From Candidatus Sulfobium sp. (GTDB lineage: Bacteria > Nitrospirota > Thermodesulfovibrionia > Thermodesulfovibrionales > UBA6898): a DNA stretch of 32,406 nucleotides. The stretch lies in contig JARRRI010000027.1 of assembly GCA_037380845.1 (NCBI GenBank), positions 1-32,406 of the forward strand, in the 5' to 3' direction. This document shows, in pieces, positions 19,475 through 25,966 of the stretch; the first letter of the stretch is position 1, and the number at the start of each line of letters is the position of its first letter. A program made the position numbers and the translations under genes. The notes below the pieces were generated by a model. The model did no database searches and was not told the origin of the DNA. It was given only the letters and a program-made list of their open reading frames with translations.

Positions 19475-20557
19475 CTATCTCCGCATTTCCACGTAACCGC
19501 GTTCGCCGCGTATTTGCAATGTGGTCCCCAGTTGGGCTGAAAGGATACTGATTCTTTTGAGGATGGCAGCCGCATCCTCCTCCGACGCTGTTCGTGGTAT
19601 TCCCGTCACATCCAGCCTGAGCGGAACAATGGCGAGTTTTAAACTGTCGTCCGATACTGTAAAATCTGCCAAAATGGAACGGCGTCCCTTCTCAGGAATT
19701 TGATAGTCCGGATGGAAAAGGAAATTCCCGAGGCTCAGAAGAGCCACGCCTCTCTCACTTTTTATTATGCCCTGCGGAACATGGGGCCCCGAGCCGATTA
19801 CTATGTCCGCTCCGGCATCAAGTATCTTCCTGACAAAAAGAACACTTGCGGCACTGGGTGTTTCCGTCCAGCTGGATGCAGTGTGGTGCATATGGACCAA
19901 TACCACGATTATGTCCGCCTCTCTTTTTATTTCAGCGATCTGTTTTCGGCCGTCGCACAGCTCCCATGACGCAACCCCCCTCCTGTTGTCATCCGCAGCA
20001 AGCCAGTCCGGTGGCATGCCAATATAGGCCGCCACTACCGGGGCCATCTCCATATAGGCCAGCACTGCAAGCCTTAAGCCTTTTACGTCCAGTATAAGAG
20101 GTTCACAGGCTTCCTGAAGATTGTCCCCTGCTCCGACGGTCATTATGCCGTGCATCCCGAGTTGCCAGATGGTTTCGCGGAGACCTTCCCGTCCGCAGTC
20201 GAGAGCGTGGTTATTGGCCAGTGAAGCTATTGTAATTTTCCCCCCCGGCAGAGAATCCAGCACTTCCGGAGAACCGAGAAAAAGGGACTGACGCCTGAAT
20301 CCGCGACAGTCCCTGAAACCGAGGCTTTTTGAAAACACGCCTTCGGCATTGAAGATGAAGACATCTCTTCCCGAGGGTAATTCTCCCGTGCTTTTTAATT
20401 GACCGTATGCCTGCACCGCGTTATACCCGTTGGTATCTCCAACAGCTGCCATGGCCAGCGTATGGGGGCTTCGTCCGGCGGTTGACACGTGACGCACTGT
20501 GCAGCCGAACAGCATCGATATCAAAAGAAAGGCAGAGACAAATCTTCTTTTAACCAT
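19475..20557 (-). CDS. CapA/PgsA family metallophosphoesterase-like lipoprotein
   Basis: Lipobox LFGC; AVGD, IFNAEG, SLANNHALDCG, VGAG, GADIVIGSGPHVPQG, SLGNFLF. Confidence 0.85.
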   Translation of the reverse strand: MVKRRFVSAFLLISMLFGCTVRHVSTAGRSPHTLAMAAVGDTNGYNAVQAYGQLKSTGELPSGRDVFIFNAEGVFSKSLGFRDCRGFRRQSLFLGSPEVLDSLPGGKITIASLANNHALDCGREGLRETIWQLGMHGIMTVGAGDNLQEACEPLILDVKGLRLAVLAYMEMAPVVAAYIGMPPDWLAADDNRRGVASWELCDGRKQIAEIKREADIIVVLVHMHHTASSWTETPSAASVLFVRKILDAGADIVIGSGPHVPQGIIKSERGVALLSLGNFLFHPDYQIPEKGRRSILADFTVSDDSLKLAIVPLRLDVTGIPRTASEEDAAAILKRISILSAQLGTTLQIRGERGYVEMRR

Positions 20558-20758
20558 AACAGCTCCTCACAAACAACACATGTAAGTATAGTGAAGTTTG
20601 CGGGATATTTCATGGGGCACTCTGTGAAAGGGCAACCGCTCTATTGTCCGAATGCCGCCCGTGTAAAGCAGCTTAGTGTTTCAGACGATCTCCTGAAATC
20701 CAAAGTATCAAGGCCCTGAAACCTGCGTTTGAGCCGGGAATCAGCAACTAATTCTTGA

Positions 20759-20786
20759 TTGACTTAAGAGTCGGGCGTGCTAACAT
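20759..20786 (+). promoter_or_regulatory. Sigma70-like promoter upstream of the riboswitch
   Basis: TTGACT-N16-TAACAT with a TGn extension. Confidence 0.55.
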
Positions 20787-20831
20787 GAAATCAAAGAGTA
20801 TTACCTGATGCACCCTGGAGATCAGGGCTTT

Positions 20832-20909
20832 CCCGAAAAGCCAAACTCCTTGCGAGGGGAGTGCGGAAAGCAACGGGTCTTCCAAAAGAAGAAAGCCGAG
20901 CTGCCGAAG
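20832..20909 (+). ncRNA. c-di-GMP-I (GEMM-I) riboswitch aptamer
   Basis: CGAAAAGCCAAAC-TCCTT-GCGA-GGGGAG-TGCGGAAAGCAACGGGTCTTC..GAAGAAAGCCGAGCTGCCGAA matches the GEMM layout: P2 with a GNRA loop, CGGAAAG junction, P3, GCCG..TGCCGAA end. Confidence 0.85.
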
Positions 20910-20939
20910 GTTAAGGCAGAATTCGGCTTTTTATTTTTT
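20892..20939 (+). terminator. Intrinsic terminator overlapping the aptamer 3' strand (expression platform)
   Basis: AAAGCCGAGCTGCC-gaaggttaa-GGCAGaaTTCGGCTTT followed by TTATTTTTT. Confidence 0.8.
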
Positions 20940-21221
20940 AAGAGCCGATCGCCCCTGATACGAAGGTGTCCGGGAGCATCGCAAAGATGGTGGGTGCCGT
21001 TGACGGAGAAGTGACGAGCCTAAGATCCTAAGCGCTGGACTCCGGGGGGCCTGGCCGGCACTTGTTAAACGATGACAAAAGTTTCTCTGGAGGCAGGGTT
21101 GAACAGGGATAATCAGTGGCGCCGACACCTTACGGTCCGGATTAGTTTTTTTGAACCCGAACCGCAAAGAGTGCTTTTTCACTCTCAAGGATAGAGAGTC
21201 GGCAGGAAGGGGGTGAACAAG

Positions 21222-21374
21222 ATGAAGGAGATGGAGACGAAGGAGCTGGAGATGAAGGAGTTGAAGCTGAAAATTGAAGTTCTGGAGGAGCGTATCGCTC
21301 CCAGCATACCTCCGGGCCTTAAGGGCTATGAAGGTCAGCCGGGGAATCAGGGCGGCCCCAAACACCACCCGTAA
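21222..21374 (+). CDS. 50-aa putative precursor or exported peptide MKEMETKELEMKELKLKIEVLEERIAPSIPPGLKGYEGQPGNQGGPKHHP
   Basis: Strong SD AAGGGGGTGA before ATG 21222; TAA 21372-21374; lies between the riboswitch and the RRE-peptidase gene on the same strand; below the ORF-track size cutoff. Confidence 0.8.
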   Translation: MKEMETKELEMKELKLKIEVLEERIAPSIPPGLKGYEGQPGNQGGPKHHP

Positions 21375-21399
21375 GGCATGAGAGAGATGCGAGCACCAT

Positions 21400-21435
21400 G
21401 CAGAGGCCATCAGAGACTTTCCCGGTGGCCTCTGT
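21400..21435 (+). promoter_or_regulatory. Intergenic stem-loop after the peptide gene
   Basis: GCAGAGGCCA..TGGCCTCTGT inverted repeat, no U-tract. Confidence 0.5.
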
Positions 21436-21466
21436 GTGCAGATAAAGTAGAAGCGGTGAGAATGGA

Positions 21467-22531
21467 ATGTCATCTCAGTATTCGAAAGCAAGAAGAGATC
21501 TGGTGGTCAGCAGGCAGGAGGCATCCGGACAGACCGCCTACATCATAAAGGACCCTGTGACAGGGCGCTTCTTTCGGTTCAAAGAGGAAGAACAGTTTAT
21601 TGTCCAGCAGCTCGATGGGGTCACTTCTCAGGATACTGTGTGTCAGCGGTTCGAGACTAGATTCGGCATCTCCTGCCCTTCGGAAACGCTGGAGCGGTTT
21701 TTAAAGCATCTCGCCCAACTGGGACTGCTCGAAGGTGAAGGTTCACCGGCGAACCGGTCATCCGTCGGTCAAAGACGGATCCGCGGGAACGTCCTTTACT
21801 TAAGGTTTATGGCCTTCGACCCCGATAGCCTCTTTAACCGCCTTATCAAGAAAATCCGTTTCTTCTTCACGCCTCATTTTGTTATTTTTTCTGCCGGCCT
21901 CATCCTTTTTGCAGTGGGTGTTACTATCCTCAACTGGGGTGAAATCTGGCAGGACTTCCAGGGCCTTCTACACTTCCAGGCCCTCTTTCTTGCATGGTTG
22001 ACGATGCTTGCCATCGTAACTGCCCATGAGTTTGCCCATGGTTTGGCTTGTAAAAATTTTGGCGGCCAGGTCCATGATATTGGTTTTATGCTCCTCTATC
22101 TCCAGCCGGCCTTTTACTGCAATGTAAGCGACGCCTGGCTCTTTCCGGAAAAATCCAAGCGACTCTGGGTCAGTTTTGCGGGGGGCTACTTCGAGGTCTT
22201 CCTCTGGGCTTTGGCAACCTTGACCTGGCGTCTCACCGAACCGGGGACCATCGTCCACTATCAGGCCCTGGTGGTGACGGCCGCTTCGGGAATTGCCACT
22301 CTCTTTAATCTTAATCCTCTCATCAAACTCGACGGCTACTACATGCTAAGCGACTATCTGGAAATCCCGAATCTGCGGCAGCGTGCCTTCAACTATCTGG
22401 GCTCGCAAATCAAAAGACTCGCCGGCGCACAGGTATCAGGGGGCAGGATTTGTTGCCTTCGCCGCCATCTTCTTGTTCGCCTTTCGAAATTATATCAGAA
22501 AGACAATTTCCGGGGTTGGTCACTTCATTAG
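21467..22531 (+). CDS. PqqD/RRE-like domain plus M50 (site-2) zinc metallopeptidase; 5' part of an apparently split gene
   Basis: N-terminal YIIKDPVTGRFFRF..IVQQLDG..FLKHLAQLGLLE; HEFAH (HExxH); NLNPLIKLDGYY; several transmembrane helices; tail after ~22427 looks out of frame. Confidence 0.85.
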   Translation: MSSQYSKARRDLVVSRQEASGQTAYIIKDPVTGRFFRFKEEEQFIVQQLDGVTSQDTVCQRFETRFGISCPSETLERFLKHLAQLGLLEGEGSPANRSSVGQRRIRGNVLYLRFMAFDPDSLFNRLIKKIRFFFTPHFVIFSAGLILFAVGVTILNWGEIWQDFQGLLHFQALFLAWLTMLAIVTAHEFAHGLACKNFGGQVHDIGFMLLYLQPAFYCNVSDAWLFPEKSKRLWVSFAGGYFEVFLWALATLTWRLTEPGTIVHYQALVVTAASGIATLFNLNPLIKLDGYYMLSDYLEIPNLRQRAFNYLGSQIKRLAGAQVSGGRICCLRRHLLVRLSKLYQKDNFRGWSLH

Positions 22532-22538
22532 AGTCTTT

Positions 22539-23564
22539 ATGAAGAAGCGTCCCTGGATAATTCTCCTCACGGCCGTCTTAGTTGCTCTTTCCATAGGCCG
22601 CATGGAGCTGAAGGTTTCCGGACCATTCACGATATTTCCTGTCTGGAATGCAGATATCAGAGCTGAGGTGGAAGGGATCATCCAGGAAATTTACGTAGAC
22701 CAGGGAGACCGGGTTAATCAGGGTCAGCCCATCGTCACTCTGAACGACCGGGACTACTCCACTAAACTCAAGGAGGTTGTGGCGGAGCTTCATGAGAAAG
22801 AGGCAAATCTCGCAAAACTGAAAGCAGGTTCCAGGAAGGAAGAAATTGAGGTGTTGAGAAAGGACGTGGAGAAAGGCGAACAACGTGTGAAATTTGCAGG
22901 AAAGTACCTGGAACGTTATAAGGAATTATTCAGAAGAGAGCTGATTTCCCGCATGCAACTCGAAGAAGCTGAGGAACAAGCGGCTGTTCGGCAGAAAGAG
23001 CTGGAGGAGACCAGGGCCAGGCTGATGCTTTCGCTGGCGGGGAGCAGAAGGGAGGAAATCGACGAGGCACAGGCAGAGATCGCACGCCTGGAGGTCCAGC
23101 AGCGTTATCTGCGGCAACAGATCAGGCTCGTCAGAGTTGTTAGTCCCGTCTCGGGTGTGGTGACAACTCACAATCTCAAAGAAAAAGTCGGCCAGCACGT
23201 AAAAAAGGGGGATCTCATCGCCGAGGTACATGAACTGCAGACGGTTAAAGCAGAGATCGTCATTCCGGAGAAGGAAATTGCCGATGTTCGGGTAGGTCAG
23301 GACGTGGTCCTTAAGGTCCGCGCCTACCCGGACCTCAGCTTCAAGGGAAAAGTGACCTCGATTGCGCCGGTCGCTACTAAAATGAAAGAAAAATGGGAGC
23401 AGCGGACGGTATTGGTCACTACGGAACTCCGCAATGACTCCATGCTTTTAAAGTCGGAGATGACCGGAAACGCCAAGATCTTTTGCGGCCGGCGACGAAT
23501 TTTCAGCCTGCTGACGCGGAGGCTGGTGCGCTACATCCGGGTCGAGTTCTGGTCATGGTGGTAG
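22539..23564 (+). CDS. HlyD/efflux periplasmic adaptor (membrane fusion protein); 3' part of the split gene
   Basis: IRAEVEGIIQEIYVDQGDRVNQGQ lipoyl half, long coiled coil, VVSPVSGVV..GQHVKKGD, GKVTSIAP, LKSEMTGNAKI, end RVEFWSWW. The frame is open upstream with a hydrophobic helix from 22428; first ATG at 22539. Confidence 0.85.
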   Translation: MKKRPWIILLTAVLVALSIGRMELKVSGPFTIFPVWNADIRAEVEGIIQEIYVDQGDRVNQGQPIVTLNDRDYSTKLKEVVAELHEKEANLAKLKAGSRKEEIEVLRKDVEKGEQRVKFAGKYLERYKELFRRELISRMQLEEAEEQAAVRQKELEETRARLMLSLAGSRREEIDEAQAEIARLEVQQRYLRQQIRLVRVVSPVSGVVTTHNLKEKVGQHVKKGDLIAEVHELQTVKAEIVIPEKEIADVRVGQDVVLKVRAYPDLSFKGKVTSIAPVATKMKEKWEQRTVLVTTELRNDSMLLKSEMTGNAKIFCGRRRIFSLLTRRLVRYIRVEFWSWW

Positions 23565-23823
23565 TATTTTCTGCCCTTCCGGTTGCCGAAATCGATAAAG
23601 CCTCTCGAACCCTGCGTCTCCTCTCCTTCCCGATCATTAGAGCGTTTTGTCGCGGCGTTGCGGGTATCAGCGCAGCTGAAGCCGCGAATCTCTTCGAAGA
23701 TTTAACAGCTTACCGGCGTGGCACCATCAACAAGATGTCATCAAACTATAGGTAGTTTAAATATTGGGTGCAGCAATTTTTGCACAGTTTCCAGGCGTTT
23801 GTAACACAAGTTTAAATTTGCCA

Positions 23824-23852
23824 TTGACTACTTCCACGGAAAAAGAGATAAT
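23824..23852 (+). promoter_or_regulatory. Sigma70-like promoter for the PilZ gene
   Basis: TTGACT-N17-GATAAT. Confidence 0.55.
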
Positions 23853-23906
23853 GATTTCTAAAAGAAGTCTTTTGGCGAGACCAGTGCGCTCCGGGGGGCA
23901 ATAACC

Positions 23907-24215
23907 ATGAGCGAGAGTGAAATCGAAAACAGACGCAAACAGCCTCGTTTCAACATTCACTCCAGGATCACATATACTCTGAAGGAAGGATCTCTTGCGG
24001 AGGAAAGGGAAGGCTATATGGTCAATATGAGCAGCGCCGGTTTATGTCTGACAGTCGCAGAACCGCTCCGGGTAGGGCAGGAGGTCTTTATAACGAGGTG
24101 CGTTGTCTCTTTCTGTCGCCGGAAATATGAGGTGCAGTGGGTAACAAAACAAGACCAAAAGGCTGTGCCATACACGGCCGGTCTTATGTCTCCGGAATAC
24201 AGGCTGCTTCTCTGA
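23907..24215 (+). CDS. Stand-alone PilZ domain protein
   Basis: RRKQPRF (RxxxR) and NMSSAGLCL (D/NxSxxG), VQWV, AGL. Confidence 0.8.
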   Translation: MSESEIENRRKQPRFNIHSRITYTLKEGSLAEEREGYMVNMSSAGLCLTVAEPLRVGQEVFITRCVVSFCRRKYEVQWVTKQDQKAVPYTAGLMSPEYRLLL

Positions 24216-24529
24216 ACAGAGTGCCGGAACAGTCCACGATAAAGGCTCCGGCTGCGCAGTCAGCTTCACCGGTTGACCGCAATAAGGATCGTTCCATCAC
24301 GCCATTCCCATCGCCATGAAACTGCATTTCCGTCCGGATTATATGGAGGGAAGAGCTGCCTGACGGGTTGGTGTCGTTGGACAGAAGTGTGATTTTATGG
24401 TAATTTTTAAAGTAGTTGCTTTGCCGGCGATTCGATGACGGCATCGAGCGGAATGCCGGACAGGCATAACAGCTAAGGGGGATTCGCGAAATGTATGTTC
24501 CGTGCCAAAAGTTGAGGTCTACATAAGTC

Positions 24530-25348
24530 ATGGGCCTTAAACAGGGCCGAATTGATGTCCCGCTGAGAGCGGACAGGGGCAAGGTCGTGATAGTTGCCGA
24601 AAAGGCGTTCCACGAGTTTTACAGGTCCCTGACGTTCGGAGATGCTCCGTTGCACCTCATCACACCCAGGGAAGCTCTCGAACTGCTGAAAGAAGACGAG
24701 CCGGACCTCATTCTTATTGACTGCGGCTTTGACATACCGGGGGGCCTCAGACTGCTCAGGGACATCAAGATATCACACGCCTCCACACCGGTAATCTTCC
24801 TTGCCGAAAGACCTATCAATGCGGCCAGGGAGGCGTATCAGTCGGGCGCAAGAATATTCTTTGAAAAGCCGCTCGACCTGCGTGAACTGCGCACTTCGAT
24901 CGCGACCCTGCTCAGCGTAAAGAAAACTTCCACTGAGAAGCGCGATGCGTTTATATCTCCGGCTGAAACGGAGATTGAAAGCCCTGCCAACGCCCTGACG
25001 ACCGACAAGCCGGCCCCGGTCGTGCGCGCCATCCAGTATATAGAAAGCAACCTGTCCGGGAAGATCTCTCTTGAGACCCTCGCGCGGGAAGCGAATATGA
25101 GCAAGTACCATTTCTGCCGCATCTTTTCCCATCACATGGGCATGACGCCTGTTCAGTTTGCGGCCTTTTTCCGGATCGAAAAGGCGAAGGAGCTCCTGAA
25201 AAGAGGTGATCTGACCATCTCGTCCGTAGCCTTGCAGGTCGGCTTCAACGACCTCGGACCTTTTGTCCGTCAGTTCAGGAAGATCACGGGCCTGACTCCC
25301 TCGGCGTATAAGAGGGCTATGGCTCCAATGCACAAGAAGCGCGTTTGA
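24530..25348 (+). CDS. AraC-family transcriptional regulator with an atypical N-terminal receiver domain
   Basis: PDLILID, TPVIFL, FEKP; AraC HTH LETLAREANMSKYHFCRIF..RIEKAKELL..VALQVGFND..FRKITGLTPSAYK. Confidence 0.88.
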   Translation: MGLKQGRIDVPLRADRGKVVIVAEKAFHEFYRSLTFGDAPLHLITPREALELLKEDEPDLILIDCGFDIPGGLRLLRDIKISHASTPVIFLAERPINAAREAYQSGARIFFEKPLDLRELRTSIATLLSVKKTSTEKRDAFISPAETEIESPANALTTDKPAPVVRAIQYIESNLSGKISLETLAREANMSKYHFCRIFSHHMGMTPVQFAAFFRIEKAKELLKRGDLTISSVALQVGFNDLGPFVRQFRKITGLTPSAYKRAMAPMHKKRV

Positions 25349-25574
25349 TCACATTCCCGGCGCTTCATGGCGGGGGGGTGGAAAGTAGTACGTCTCAGAG
25401 TTGATTTTGTTAAAATTCCCGTGTTCGTTTGCGTCATCATTTTTTTCAAGGTTTAAAGTAAACTCCCGCCTTAGCCTATAAAGCCGCTGATCCAGCTTTG
25501 TACCGTTTTTGACATATCCTTCTCAGCGCCTTCTGCACCGATGCGATGAGCCGTCTTGTCAGCATGTGGCAGCC

Positions 25575-25681
25575 GCAAAATAAAAGCAATTTTCCGCTCC
25601 GGAAATAATCAACTGCCAGCAATAATCGCCTTAAATAACGCAATCTCCATCATAGACAATCCTTCGGCGGTGCTTTAAAGT
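25575..25681 (+). promoter_or_regulatory. GCAA(T) boxes plus sigma70-like promoter of the large Cys-rich protein gene
   Basis: GCAA at 25575, 25586, 25619, 25640 (last two 21 bp apart), then TAGACA(25653)-N17-TAAAGT(25676). Confidence 0.5.
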
Positions 25682-25966
25682 TGAAGTAACAGTCGGAGAG
25701 GTCGCCCCTTGTGGCGGTTTCACCGGCGGCGAAGAATATTTCAAAGGGGGAATTGAGCTGCTCGGCCGGCATAGCCGGCCGGAAAGAGGGGGCTAGAGAT
25801 CATCTTTTAGCTCACAAAATTTTTAAAGATCCGGAAATTCTGAAGGAGGTGATGTGTAATTGAAATCAAAAATCTTTGATGGGGAAAGGGATGTTTCATC
25901 CTGAAGAAGAGGGGTGGGACAAAAGAAAAATTTCTTTTGAATTTATTTTGAACAAGGGGGAATAAG

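Noticed and set aside
20940..21220. Second, tandem GEMM aptamer in the long leader (AGCCTAAGATCCTAAG..GGCCGG)
   Set aside because: No P2 or GAAAG junction is recognisable; only small hairpins are evident.
20931..21491. 186-aa minus-strand ORF
   Set aside because: Antisense shadow of the peptide gene and its leader; the LQLLHL stretch is the reverse of the 15-bp repeats.
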